Positions 43,206 through 53,452 of a DNA stretch of 64,000 nucleotides are shown here, piece after piece. Each line of letters starts with the position of its first letter. Position 1 is the first letter of the stretch. Made by a program: the position numbers and the translations under genes. Under the pieces are notes generated by a model, which worked only from the letters and a program-made list of their open reading frames with translations, was not told the origin of the DNA and made no database searches. Source of the stretch: Candidatus Tectimicrobiota bacterium (lineage in GTDB: Bacteria; JACPUC01); NCBI GenBank assembly GCA_016192455.1, contig JACPUC010000029.1, forward strand, positions 1 to 64,000, read 5' to 3'.

Positions 43206-44438
43206 ATGCAGCCTCTCCCACATCCCGAACTCGACTTCGCAGCCATTGAACGGGCCGCGGCTTTGCTGGGGGGCGTCGTCCGCACCACGCCCCTCGTCCA
43301 CGCTCCGCACACCTCGTCGCTGCTGCGCCGCGACATCCGCTTCAAACTCGAGAACCTCCAGGAGACCGGCTCCTTCAAGTTGCGCGGCGCCTACGTCAAG
43401 CTGCATGGGCTGAGCGCGGCGGAGCGGCGGCGGGGCGTGGTGGCGGCTTCGGCGGGGAACCATGCGCAAGGGGTGGCCTGGTCGGCGCGCGCCCTGGGCA
43501 TTCCCTGCACCATCGTCATGCCGCGCACCTGCCCGTTGAGCAAGCTCGAAGCAACGCGACGGCTTGGCGCCCGCATCATCCTGGAGGGGACCGTCTTCGA
43601 TGAGGCCCTCGCCCTCGCCGGCAAGCTTGAAGCCGCCTCGGGGGCCGTCTTCATCCCCGCTTTCGACGATCCCTTGATCATGGCGGGGCAGGGGACGGTG
43701 GCGCTCGAGGTGGTGGAGGCCTGGCCGCAGGTGGAGACGCTGGTCGTGCCGGTGGGCGGCGGCGGCCTCATCGGCGGGGTGGCGCTGGCGGCCAAGACGC
43801 TGCGGCCCGAGGTGCGCGTCATCGGCGTGCAGGCGCAGCAGTTCCCCTCGATGCACGCGGCGCTGCGGGCGGGGGCGCCGCTCGAGGTGCCGGCAGCCCA
43901 GACGATCGCCGATGGCCTCGCCGTGCGCACCGCCGGGCGCCTCACCTTCGGCCTGGCGCGGCGCTTCGTGGATGATCTGCTCCTGGTGAGCGAGGAGGAG
44001 ATCGCCGCGGCCATCCTGACGCTCCTGGAGAATGAGAAGCTCGTCGTCGAGGGGGCCGGGGCCGTGGGGCAGGCCGCCTTGCTCTACCACCAGGAACGCA
44101 TTCCCGGAGAACGCATCGCCGTCATCCTGTCGGGCGGCAACATCGACGTGACGCTGTTGGAGCGGATCATCGAGAAGGGACTGATGAAGACCGGGCGCTT
44201 GCTGCGGCTGACGATCGATCTCCCCGATGTGCCCGGCGAGCTCGGCCGCCTCAGCCAGTTCCTTGGCGAGCTGGACGCGAATATCGTGCAGATCGCTCAC
44301 GACCGCCAGTCGAAGCGCCTTCCCCTCGGCGTGGCGGAGGTGGAGATGACCCTCGAGACGCGCGGTCCCGACCACCTCGAGGAGATCATGCGTCGCCTCC
44401 ATGAGCAGGGCTGGAGAAGCGCTCAGGTGGAGGACTGA
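43206..44438 (+). CDS. ilvA: threonine ammonia-lyase (single C-terminal ACT domain)
   Basis: ENLQETGSFKLRGA PLP-lysine motif, SAGNHAQG, GGGGL and SGGNID. Confidence 0.92.
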   Translation: MQPLPHPELDFAAIERAAALLGGVVRTTPLVHAPHTSSLLRRDIRFKLENLQETGSFKLRGAYVKLHGLSAAERRRGVVAASAGNHAQGVAWSARALGIPCTIVMPRTCPLSKLEATRRLGARIILEGTVFDEALALAGKLEAASGAVFIPAFDDPLIMAGQGTVALEVVEAWPQVETLVVPVGGGGLIGGVALAAKTLRPEVRVIGVQAQQFPSMHAALRAGAPLEVPAAQTIADGLAVRTAGRLTFGLARRFVDDLLLVSEEEIAAAILTLLENEKLVVEGAGAVGQAALLYHQERIPGERIAVILSGGNIDVTLLERIIEKGLMKTGRLLRLTIDLPDVPGELGRLSQFLGELDANIVQIAHDRQSKRLPLGVAEVEMTLETRGPDHLEEIMRRLHEQGWRSAQVED

Positions 44439-44578
44439 CGGAGAGGAGTGACGGCGGGCGAAGGAACCTCGGCGCACCTCGGCTTAGGCGCCGGCGGACG
44501 AGGAGCGATGAGTGCGAGGAATGCCTTGAGCTTCAGGCGCCCGGCGACTCGAGGCGGCCGCTTCCAAGGCGGGAGACC

Positions 44579-45262
44579 CTAGAGCGGGGTCCGGGAAGGG
44601 GCCACGCCTTTTGGAGCCTGTGACAACGCGGCTTCTCCCGAAGCTTCTCCAGGAAGGCCCGACACCGGTGCGGGTTCCGCCGGCTCGTCAATGAGCCGGC
44701 CGATCATCGCCATGGTCTGCGGGTGGGACCATTCGCGGGGACCAATCTCAATGTGGCGGAGGATGCCGCGCTTGTCCACGATGAACGTTTCCGGAACGCC
44801 GGTGGTTCGGTAGATGCGCTTGATCGTTCCCTTCGGGTCCAGGAGCACCGGGAAGGTGAGGCGATGCTTCTCCATGAAGGGGAGGACGACCTCCTTGCCG
44901 AGGATGTCGAGATCCACCGCAAGCATGACGAAGTCGCGCTTCTTGTACTCCTGGTGCACCAGCTCCATCGAGGGCATTTCCCAGACGCAGGTGGGGCACC
45001 AGGTGGCCCAGATGTTGATGAACACCACCTTGCCGCGCAGATCACGCAGCCGCACCGTCTTGCCGTCGAGATCAGGGAAGCTGAAGTCAGGCGCCTCTGA
45101 TCCCGTCGTCAACGGCCCGCTGACCTTGGCGATCTTGTCCTGCAGCCGGGCCTTCGCGCCTTCGTAAAGGAGCACCAGAAGCACCAGCGCGAGCGGCACG
45201 CCGACGAGATAGGCGATGATCCGCTTAACGCGGCGTTCATCCGATCTCACCGCTTCCGCCAT
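44579..45262 (-). CDS. TlpA/ResA family thiol-disulfide reductase
   Basis: N-terminal TM helix, WATWCPTC, GVPET. Confidence 0.92.
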   Translation of the reverse strand: MAEAVRSDERRVKRIIAYLVGVPLALVLLVLLYEGAKARLQDKIAKVSGPLTTGSEAPDFSFPDLDGKTVRLRDLRGKVVFINIWATWCPTCVWEMPSMELVHQEYKKRDFVMLAVDLDILGKEVVLPFMEKHRLTFPVLLDPKGTIKRIYRTTGVPETFIVDKRGILRHIEIGPREWSHPQTMAMIGRLIDEPAEPAPVSGLPGEASGEAALSQAPKGVAPSRTPL

Positions 45263-45319
45263 CGTTGCCAGCTCCCCTTCAGACTCCCGCTTGGTTCTTC
45301 CCCCGCCGTTACCCGCCAC

Positions 45320-45853
45320 CTAGAACTCATAGTCCTTAAGCTCCCGCTCCAGCTTGCGCTTGAGGGCTGCGTGGGCTTGGTCGGAGCTGTTGGAGGCTTC
45401 TCTTCCCAGCTCGTGGGCCGCTGCCGCCGGCTCCGCGCCGGCGCTCTGCGCCAGGCGCTGGCGACGCGTCCAGAGGAGGGTGATGAGGACGATCGCGACG
45501 CCGCCGATGACGATGGCAAGGAACGGCAGGCTCCAGACCAGGAGGTTGAACCCTTCCTTCGGTGGTTCCGCCAGGATTGAGGCGCCGTAGACGCCGACGA
45601 GGTAGCCTAGGACCTGCTGCTCCGACTCTCCTGCCGCCACCTTGCGGTGGATCAGCTCGCGCAACTGCCTCGCCTCGGCGGAGGGGCAGTCAGGCAAGAG
45701 GTAGCCCGGGCAGAACGGGCTCATGATCTTGCCCTCGATTGCCTTGGCTGCGGCGGTGATCTCCTGCTGCGCCGGCGAGGAGCCGGCGACCAGCGCCACT
45801 CCCAGCAGCAGCGCCGCCACTCCGCCCCGCAACCAGCCGCCGCGTACCTGCAT
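45320..45853 (-). CDS. ccmH: cytochrome c biogenesis protein CcmH/NrfF-like
   Basis: Signal peptide; MSPFCPG...DCPS; YG..IL.EPP..GFNLLVW followed by a TM helix. Confidence 0.8.
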   Translation of the reverse strand: MQVRGGWLRGGVAALLLGVALVAGSSPAQQEITAAAKAIEGKIMSPFCPGYLLPDCPSAEARQLRELIHRKVAAGESEQQVLGYLVGVYGASILAEPPKEGFNLLVWSLPFLAIVIGGVAIVLITLLWTRRQRLAQSAGAEPAAAAHELGREASNSSDQAHAALKRKLERELKDYEF

Positions 45854-46016
45854 CGTTCTCCCGCCCTCCGTTCGGCTGCGCCATGCAGCCTTGGATTTGG
45901 ACCTCAATGCACTGAAGTATAGGGCCACCCCTGGCGCCCCGCAAGGACGCAGCCACTCCTTCGGGGAGGGTACGTTTCGGGGGGGTGAGGTAAGGGCGCG
46001 AGACCAGCCGGTCGCC

Positions 46017-47213
46017 TCAGTGGGAGGCCGCCACGATCTGCCGCAGGAGCGACTCCCAGCTCGCCTGCGGCGGCTCGAGCACGAAGCTCGCCTGGCTCAT
46101 GGAGGGACCGTGCGTGGAGCTGCTGGTGAGACGATAGCGGTCGTTCAGGAAGCGGCGGCTGAAGAGGTCGAGAAGCATCTCGGCATCCTCCTGCACCGCC
46201 CCGACCTCCGCCGGGCGCGCCGCGAAGAGCTCCAGGCTCCCCTCGACCGCCCCCGGCTGGCCGGGCTTCAAAGTGAGCCCTAGCATGTCGAGGGCCTCCT
46301 TGTGCAGGAAGAGACTCATCCCCCAACGTTGTTCCAGGAGTTCCAGATGGCGCCGCAGGAGCCGCCCACGATTCACCGCCAGAAGGCGCAGGGGGTGATC
46401 GCGCACGGCGGGACGGAGGGATTGCAGGAAGGTTCGCAGGGGGAGCAAGGGATCGGAGCCCGCGCCCTCGAGCACCTGCGTGAGGAGCGAGGCGGAGGAG
46501 GCGAGAAGGAGCCGCGAACCCTGCTGCGCATAGGCCAGCGGCAACGTCCGCCGCGCGCCCCCCCGGTCGCCGCCGCGCGAGCTGACGTAGATCGTCACCT
46601 CGCCGACCGGTCGTGCTTCAACGCCGCCGCTGAAGCGCTTTACGAGTTGCTCGAGGGCAAGTGCCGCCACCCCGGCCAGCACCCGGCCGCTCAGCGTCTG
46701 CCGGGTTGCCGCCCGCACCTCGCTGCCGCCGACCGGCAGCCGCAACTGGATGGGCGCCGGGTCGAACTCCACCGCCAGAAGCGCCTCGCCGCCGGGCGCC
46801 CTGAAGAGCCGCCGGGCGGCGCCGGTGCGCCCTGCGTCAGCGGCGTTCGCGCCGCCTTCACCTTGCCCCGCGCCGACGGCTGGCTGCGCCACCTCCTCCT
46901 CGGCGGGGCCTTCCCCCTCGTAGTAGGCCAGCCAAATCTGCTCCCCGACGTAGCGCAGGAGCTGCGACAGGAGGTACGGCTCGAGCCTATGCTCCAGCAT
47001 CTCCTGCAGCACCGCCATGGCTGCGCCGAAGAGTGGCTGCAGCTTGGCCGGCTGGATGGCGACCACGGCGGCAAGGTGCGGCGCCTCGGCGGCCTCCGCC
47101 ACGCCGACGGGCAAGATGAGCGGCGCCAGCAGGAGAAAAGGAAGGCTGAGCGCCAGCAGGCGGGGTAGCCGGAAGACCGCGCCAGCACGCCGGAACATTG
47201 GAGTACGAACCAT
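46017..47213 (-). CDS. hypothetical exported protein (start uncertain)
   Basis: Long ORF with a signal-peptide-like segment ending AEA-AEA. Confidence 0.65.
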   Translation of the reverse strand: MVRTPMFRRAGAVFRLPRLLALSLPFLLLAPLILPVGVAEAAEAPHLAAVVAIQPAKLQPLFGAAMAVLQEMLEHRLEPYLLSQLLRYVGEQIWLAYYEGEGPAEEEVAQPAVGAGQGEGGANAADAGRTGAARRLFRAPGGEALLAVEFDPAPIQLRLPVGGSEVRAATRQTLSGRVLAGVAALALEQLVKRFSGGVEARPVGEVTIYVSSRGGDRGGARRTLPLAYAQQGSRLLLASSASLLTQVLEGAGSDPLLPLRTFLQSLRPAVRDHPLRLLAVNRGRLLRRHLELLEQRWGMSLFLHKEALDMLGLTLKPGQPGAVEGSLELFAARPAEVGAVQEDAEMLLDLFSRRFLNDRYRLTSSSTHGPSMSQASFVLEPPQASWESLLRQIVAASH

Positions 47214-47427
47214 TGGGGTACCGGAGCGCGCGGCGCCGGGCGGACGGGGCCGCGCCTGGCAGCCGCGCCCCCGCGCGCGGCCCAGCCGCGCGGCTGCTGC
47301 GTCATGGCGCTGATCGGAGGCGTGAGGGGTCACCGATGCGCCCAACGAGAAGCCCTCCGCCCCGTCGTTTCGTCTTCCCTGCTTTCCACGCCCGCTACTC
47401 GTTCGGTTCCACTTTCGAGCCGCGCCC

Positions 47428-48303
47428 TTACGCAGGCGGCTTGTAGTACTTCGCGTAGTACCAGTCGGCGATCTCATTGGCGGTGGTGAGCCACACCCCT
47501 TCGTGGCGGCAGATGTAGGCGAGGGCTTGGTCGAGGTACTTGATGCGGTGCGGCGCGCCGATCAGGAAAGGATGCAGAGCGATGGCCATGATGCGGGCAT
47601 TCGCGGCGCCCTCGGCATAGAGGGTGTCGAATTGGTCGGCGATCATGCGCACGAACTGTTCCGGCATGCGGTTCTGCCCGATGAACACCGGGATGTCGTT
47701 CAGCTCCACCGAGTAGGGGACGGTGATGAGCCGCTTGCTGCGCACCCGCATGGGGATGGGTTGATCATCGTGGACCCAGTCGCACAGGTACTCGATGCCC
47801 TCCTCGGCGAGGAGGTCGGGGGTGTGGGCCGTTTCGGCCAGCCCCGGTCCCAGCCAGCCCTTGGGGAGGAAGCCGGTGTGCGTGGCGATGATGTCGAGCG
47901 TCTGGCGGATATGGGCGCGCTGCTCCTCGTCGCCGCCGAGGGTGTGCAGGTACTGCGAGTTCGTCAGCCCGTGTCCCATGAACACCCAGTTGCGCTTCAT
48001 GGCCTCCTCGATGAACACCGGGTACTCCGCGCAGACCTCGGCGTTCAGGGCCACGCTGCCGCGCGCCCCGTGCTTGTCGAAGACGTCCATCAGGCGCCAG
48101 ATGCCGATGCGCATGCCGTACTCGCGCCAGCTATGGTTGAGCACGTCGGGGATGCCGGGGCCGGGACGATAGGACGTGCCGGGGCGGTCGAAGTGGAAGT
48201 ACTCGACGTTGGGGATGAGCCAGAGCGCCACGCGCGCCTTGTTCGGCAGAGTGAGGGGCTGACGGCGGATGATGGGTGAGTACGCATAGCGGTCATGGTG
48301 CAT
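47428..48303 (-). CDS. polysaccharide deacetylase family protein (PuuE/allantoinase-like)
   Basis: WREYGMRIGIWRL, MGHG, GWLGPG and ALHPFLIG; GGAGG RBS. Confidence 0.9.
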   Translation of the reverse strand: MHHDRYAYSPIIRRQPLTLPNKARVALWLIPNVEYFHFDRPGTSYRPGPGIPDVLNHSWREYGMRIGIWRLMDVFDKHGARGSVALNAEVCAEYPVFIEEAMKRNWVFMGHGLTNSQYLHTLGGDEEQRAHIRQTLDIIATHTGFLPKGWLGPGLAETAHTPDLLAEEGIEYLCDWVHDDQPIPMRVRSKRLITVPYSVELNDIPVFIGQNRMPEQFVRMIADQFDTLYAEGAANARIMAIALHPFLIGAPHRIKYLDQALAYICRHEGVWLTTANEIADWYYAKYYKPPA

Positions 48304-48673
48304 GAAACGTCCCCTCCAGAAACGCCGCAGTACCGGCAGGCACGCCACCCTTGCGCACGTGGCGCGCGATGTGGCGCACGCTCGCCCCCCTTCGTCCTGG
48401 GGGGCTTTGCGGAGAATGCCATGCTGGCGCCGCAAGCGCAAGGCGCGCCGCGTCGAGCGGCAACCGCCAGCCTTGCCGCGCCCGCGGCTGGCGGTGGAAC
48501 CCGCGCTGGGGGACGGGCTTCGCCAGCCTGGCCGGGCGAAGATCGTTGGGCTGGCCTTGGGAAGGGAGAAGCTGAGCCGCCGTCGGCCTGGCGCGGCCGG
48601 CAGGCAAGCGCATGCCTCACCACGGCTCGCCTGCCGCGCCTCTCCAGAGACCTGGCGGAAACCTGCGGGGAGC

Positions 48674-48749
48674 TGGAGCGGGCAACGGGATTCGAACCCG
48701 CGACACCAAGCTTGGGAAGCTTGTACTCTACCAACTGAGCTATGCCCGC
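48674..48749 (-). tRNA. tRNA-Gly (CCC)
   Basis: 76-nt cloverleaf GCGGGCATAGCTCAGTTGGTAGAG...TTCCCAA...GGTTCGAATCCCGTTGCCCGCTCCA with encoded CCA. Confidence 0.98.
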
Positions 48750-48923
48750 CCCGGCAGCCTTTCGGGGAAAAATACGCAGCGGCCACGCCTCCTGGGCGCC
48801 GTGGCGCTTGGCGCCGCGTACCTCGCTACTTTTATTGTACCGCTCCCTTCCGACCTGTCAAGGTGCGGCGGAACGTCCGCGCCATGGGGCCAGTGTTGCG
48901 CCTCACCAGTTCGCTCACCTACT

Positions 48924-49090
48924 TGCGGCGTTGCTCGCTGCATTGGCCAGGGGCTTGTGAGGAACCCATGCTCCCCCATGCCCCCATCCCGTAGGGGCGG
49001 TTCGCGAACCGCCCCTACAAGGCGGGGTGCGGGAGGGGACAAAGTCTCCTCGCAGACGTCGGTTCCGGGCGGGGCTAGCCCCGCCCCTAC
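48924..49090. repeat. composite REP-containing repeat, copy 3 (5' truncated)
   Basis: REP core at 48991-49018; flanks shared with copies 1 and 2. Confidence 0.9.
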
Positions 49091-49165
49091 AATCAGCCCC
49101 CGCGGCTGCGCCAGGGGACAAGGTCCCCTGGCAGAATTAGGTGATGGAACTTGGGCGACACGATA

Positions 49166-49663
49166 CTATCCGAACGACTCCACCTCGATCTTCGCAAAGG
49201 TGCGCAGGGTGTCGTCCCAATGGTAGGCGTTCACTTCTTTCACGTTTCCGTTCCACACCGACACGACGATGTGGTAAACGCCGGGATAGGTTGGCTCGCC
49301 CATCGCCGTGGCGGCGCGCACGTCGGTCTCGGAGAAGTAGGCATCGGCGTCGCAGTGGGAGTGGTAGATCGCCTTCAGCGCGCGCCCGTTCGCCTCCGCC
49401 TCCTTGAAGGTGGTGTAGAGAACGCGGTCGTCGATGGCGAAGGCGGTGCGGCTGTCGCGCTCATACTGATCGGGGAAGCGCTCGTGGAGCTTGTCTTGAG
49501 CGTTCTCGCAGGGGATGACCTGCCAGCGCTCGCCGGGCGCCGGGTCCGCGCCACCCTCGCTCTGGGCCTCGGGACCGATGATGAGGCCGCAGCATTCACG
49601 CGGGAAGGCCTCGCTGGCCTGGCGATAGATCGGCGTGAAATCAATGACGTCTCGGAGGTCCAT
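49166..49663 (-). CDS. JAB/MPN (M67) metallopeptidase, Mec-like
   Basis: PRECCGLI and YHSHCDADAYFSETD JAMM motif. Confidence 0.92.
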   Translation of the reverse strand: MDLRDVIDFTPIYRQASEAFPRECCGLIIGPEAQSEGGADPAPGERWQVIPCENAQDKLHERFPDQYERDSRTAFAIDDRVLYTTFKEAEANGRALKAIYHSHCDADAYFSETDVRAATAMGEPTYPGVYHIVVSVWNGNVKEVNAYHWDDTLRTFAKIEVESFG

Positions 49664-50140
49664 TGCTGGGGTCCTCGCGGGAAAGGGGGCGGGGGAAGAG
49701 AGGCTATCCGCTTGCTCTGCGCTCTCTGCGTCTCCGCGCGAGTTGGCGTTCTTGCGCAGAGGCGCCGAGGACGCGGAGAATCCTACTGAAGCAAAAGATG
49801 ACGCCGATGTGAAAGGGAGCGGGCCCGCCGGCGCCGGCGAGCCGGCAGATCAGGCCGAGGCGGGAACGGCGCGGCGTCGCAGGCGCGCGCCGCCCTTCTC
49901 CTGCGCCTGTCCTGATAGACGGAATGCTAGGTCAAAGCGCCGCACCCCTGCAAGTCACAATTCACCTTGACGGTCAGGGCGGTCCCTGTTACAGTCTGTT
50001 CCCACGATTGCCACGTGGAATATGGGTCCATGCGCTCTCCCGGCTGACGAGGGGGCCTGCCGCGGCAGGTTCTCCGGCAAAGAAGCGGAGGAGGAGAGCA
50101 GGGACCGGTAACCTGGGGTACGCTTGGAGGAGGAAGAACC

Positions 50141-51385
50141 ATGAGGTTGAGAGGAATGCTGTTTGCGGCGGCGATGCTGCTGGTGGCGTCGGCGCTGGTG
50201 TTCGTGGCGATGCCGCAGCCGGCGCTGGCGCAGACCGAAATCCACCTGGGGAGCACGATGGCCGAGTCGGGACCCTTCGCGCCCGACGTGGGACCGTTCC
50301 GCAGGCTCTTCGACGCCTGGGTGGCGGACGTCAACGGTCGGGGCGGCTTGATGGTGAAGTCGGCGGGCAAGAAGCTGCCGCTGCGCTTCACGATGTACGA
50401 TGACAAGAGCGACCAGAAAACGGCCGTGAAGTTCTACGAGAAGCTGATCACGGATGACAAGGTCGACTTCGTGCTGGGGCCGTTCAGCAGCCCCATCACC
50501 TTCGCCGCCTCCACGGTGGCGGAGAAGCACAAGGTGCCGATGCCCCTGGGCTGCGCCAACGATCCGCGGATTTTCGCGCGCAACTACGAGTACATCTTCG
50601 CCACCCTGGAGACGGCCCTGAAGTGGGCTGATCCGTATCTCGACATGATCAAGGAAGAGGGTAAGGCGAAGACCATCGCCTTCGTCACCATGGACATCCT
50701 GAACAGCAAGGGCATCACCCAGGGCGCCGTGCCCGCCGCCAAGGATCGCGGCCTGACGGTGGTGGCCGAGGAGCTGGCGCCGCCGGCGACCACTGACTTC
50801 TCGCCCATCATCGCCAAGCTGAAGGCCTTGAACCCGGACATCGTTTGGGTCAGCTCGTTTGGCGCCTTCGCCAGCGCCTTCATTAAGCAGGCCAAGGAGC
50901 TGAACCTCAACCCGCGCGAGTTCCACGTCACCCATCCCACGGCGGGCTTCTACAAATCGCTCGGCAAGGATGCCAACTACGTCACGGGAGACGTCATCTG
51001 GACCGACGTGATGACCTTCCCGGGGCAGGATTACTTCAAGCGGTTGCTGAAGGCCGCCAAGATCGATCCGGTCGAGTACCCGTGGGCGGCCTGTCACATG
51101 TGGATGTTCCAAATGGCCGAGTACGCCATCGAGAAGGCCGGCAGCCTGGACCGCGAGGCCATCAAGAATGCCCTTGCCAAGGCCGACTTCATGACGGTCA
51201 GCGGGCCGGTGAAGGTGCGCGACCTCGATTTCCGCGGCTTCAAGATGCACAACATCGGCAGCGTGCCGATGTTCCCGATGCAGTTCATCGATGCGGTGAA
51301 CAACAAGGTGCACCTGCTGATGCCGAAGGAGTTCCGCACCGGTCCGCACCTCTACCCCACGGCGCCGTGGAGCGACCGGAAGTAG
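50141..51385 (+). CDS. branched-chain amino acid ABC transporter substrate-binding protein
   Basis: Signal peptide, VNGRGGL, YDDKSD, LGPFSS and DFSPII. Confidence 0.93.
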   Translation: MRLRGMLFAAAMLLVASALVFVAMPQPALAQTEIHLGSTMAESGPFAPDVGPFRRLFDAWVADVNGRGGLMVKSAGKKLPLRFTMYDDKSDQKTAVKFYEKLITDDKVDFVLGPFSSPITFAASTVAEKHKVPMPLGCANDPRIFARNYEYIFATLETALKWADPYLDMIKEEGKAKTIAFVTMDILNSKGITQGAVPAAKDRGLTVVAEELAPPATTDFSPIIAKLKALNPDIVWVSSFGAFASAFIKQAKELNLNPREFHVTHPTAGFYKSLGKDANYVTGDVIWTDVMTFPGQDYFKRLLKAAKIDPVEYPWAACHMWMFQMAEYAIEKAGSLDREAIKNALAKADFMTVSGPVKVRDLDFRGFKMHNIGSVPMFPMQFIDAVNNKVHLLMPKEFRTGPHLYPTAPWSDRK

Positions 51386-51436
51386 CGCGGGCGACCGGCA
51401 AGAGCGGCGAAACGTTGCTTCGAGGCTGAGCTGAGC

Positions 51437-52312
51437 ATGGGCGCCTACCTGACGCAGTTGGCCATTCTAGGAGTGCTCCTGGGCGGGTTGTACGCCTTGG
51501 CGGCCTTTGGGCTCTCCATCATCTTCGGCGTGTCACGGGTGCTCAACGTCGCCCATGGCGATCTGCTGCTGTTAGGCGCCCTGCTCAGCTACGCCCTCTT
51601 CTACGGCCTGGGGATGCATCCCTTCCTCATCATGCTGGCGATCATCCCCATCTTTCTCTTGGTGGGGTTTGCCTTCGAGCGCTTCCTCATCCGTCCGATC
51701 AGCAACCGCTCCCCGCATGAGCTCCTCATCGCCTCCATCCTCCTGACCCTCGGCGTGTCGATGGCGGTGTCGGACCTCTCCGCCTGGCTGGGCGGCGCCA
51801 GCGCCAAGGGGATCGCCTACTCCCTGCCGTCGATTTCAATCGGCAGCCTGGTCTTTCCGTCCATCCGCCTGCTCATCATGGCGCTCATCCTGGCGATGAC
51901 GCTGGTGCTGAGCTACTACCTGAAGAGCAGTTACGTCGGACGGGCCATGCGCGCCATCACCCAGGATCGGGAAGGGGCGATGATCGTCGGCGTCAACATC
52001 CCCCGCGTCTCAATGATCACCTTCGGCATCGGCGCGGCGACCGCCGCGGTCGCCGGCAGCTTCTACATCATCCTCTTCCCCACCAATCCCTACCTGGGCA
52101 TCCCGTTGACGGTGAAGTACCTCGCCATCATCGTGCTGGGGGGGTTGGGGAGCCTGTCGGGAGCGCTCCTCGGCGGCATCATCCTGGGGCTGGCCGAGCA
52201 GTTTTCGGGTTTCTACTTCGGCGGCATCTGGCAGCAGCCGGTCGCCTTCATCCTCTTGATCCTCATTCTCCTCATTCGCCCGCAAGGCATTTTTGGCCGC
52301 AGCATCACGTAA
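51437..52312 (+). CDS. livH: branched-chain amino acid ABC permease (LivH-like)
   Basis: VLNVAHGD, GRAMRA, LGGLGS and RPQGIFG. Confidence 0.9.
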   Translation: MGAYLTQLAILGVLLGGLYALAAFGLSIIFGVSRVLNVAHGDLLLLGALLSYALFYGLGMHPFLIMLAIIPIFLLVGFAFERFLIRPISNRSPHELLIASILLTLGVSMAVSDLSAWLGGASAKGIAYSLPSISIGSLVFPSIRLLIMALILAMTLVLSYYLKSSYVGRAMRAITQDREGAMIVGVNIPRVSMITFGIGAATAAVAGSFYIILFPTNPYLGIPLTVKYLAIIVLGGLGSLSGALLGGIILGLAEQFSGFYFGGIWQQPVAFILLILILLIRPQGIFGRSIT

Positions 52313-52350
52313 CCGTTCGCGCTTCCTTGCCGCCAGGGAGGCACGGCTGG

Positions 52351-53334
52351 ATGGATGGACGCATGAAGAAGCTGACTCTCGTGGGCGCGATCCTGATCGT
52401 GCTCTACTTCGCCATGGTGCCGATCATCTCCGACAGCACGTACAGCATGTCGGCGCTGTTGATCTTTTTCCTATACATTGTCTTGGCCCAGAGCTACGAT
52501 CTCGTCGGCGGCCACCTCGGCTACATGAACCTGGGGCATTCCTCGTTCTTCGGCTTGGGGGCCTACGTCTTCAGCATCCTGAGCCTGCGGGCGGCGCCGG
52601 GCAGCGTGAGTGTCCTCGCCGCGGTGGCGGCGGTGGTGATCTTCTCCCTGCTCATCTCCTACCCCTTCTTCCGACTGCGCGGCGCTTACTTCGCGCTGGC
52701 AATGTTCGGCGTCATCCTCCTCTTCGAGCGCCTAGCCTTCAACCTCGAGGGGCTCACCCAGGGAACCGCCGGCATCAGCCTGCCGTTGCCCCCCGCCGGC
52801 AGCAGCGCCTTCTCCATGAACTACCTCGTCTCCTCCTACTACCTCGGCCTGCTCCTCACTGTGGGAACGCTGGTCGCCTGGGCCATCCTAACCAACTCGA
52901 AGTTCGGCCTGGCGCTGCATTCGATCCGGGAGGACGAGGAGGTCGCCGAGACCTTCGGCATCAACAGCTACCGTTACAAGACCGCGGCCCTGGCGCTCAG
53001 CGGCATTCCGGCGGCGCTCATGGGGTGCATCTTCGCCTGGTCGCAGAAGTACATCCATCCGGAGTCGGTGTTCGGGCTCGAGATCACGCTCTTCCCGATC
53101 GCCATGGCGATGCTGGGGGGAACCGGCGCCATCTTCGGCCCCTTGGTGGGCGCTATCTTCCTGACGGGGGTGGAGGATATCATTTGGACGAACGTGCAGG
53201 CTGAGTATGGCAAGCTGACGGCCTACGGCATCGTCCTCATCATCGTGGCCATCGCCATGCCGCACGGCATGATCCGCACCCGGCTTCTGCAGCGACCGCT
53301 GCGCTTCCTCGGCTTGGGTTGGCTGGCAACGTGA
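52351..53334 (+). CDS. livM: branched-chain amino acid ABC permease (LivM-like; start may be 52363)
   Basis: NLGHSSFFGLGAY, RLRGAYFA and IREDE. Confidence 0.9.
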   Translation: MDGRMKKLTLVGAILIVLYFAMVPIISDSTYSMSALLIFFLYIVLAQSYDLVGGHLGYMNLGHSSFFGLGAYVFSILSLRAAPGSVSVLAAVAAVVIFSLLISYPFFRLRGAYFALAMFGVILLFERLAFNLEGLTQGTAGISLPLPPAGSSAFSMNYLVSSYYLGLLLTVGTLVAWAILTNSKFGLALHSIREDEEVAETFGINSYRYKTAALALSGIPAALMGCIFAWSQKYIHPESVFGLEITLFPIAMAMLGGTGAIFGPLVGAIFLTGVEDIIWTNVQAEYGKLTAYGIVLIIVAIAMPHGMIRTRLLQRPLRFLGLGWLAT

Positions 53335-53452
53335 GGAGGAGGAGGAAGGATGGCGAAAGGCCCGGCAAGCTGAGGTGTGAGCCTGCCGGCAAGGGAGGCG
53401 GCTGGGAGCGGGCCCGGCTTGCAGGTGGCGGGAAGAAGACCAGCCGTCGGCG

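Noticed and set aside
48300-48749. Integrative element at tRNA-Gly
   Set aside because: No integrase and no duplicated tRNA 3' end seen in the window.
49166-49663. JAB protein as part of a CBASS or ubiquitin-like defence system
   Set aside because: No cyclase, E1/E2 or ubiquitin-like gene is adjacent; it looks like a housekeeping Mec-type peptidase.
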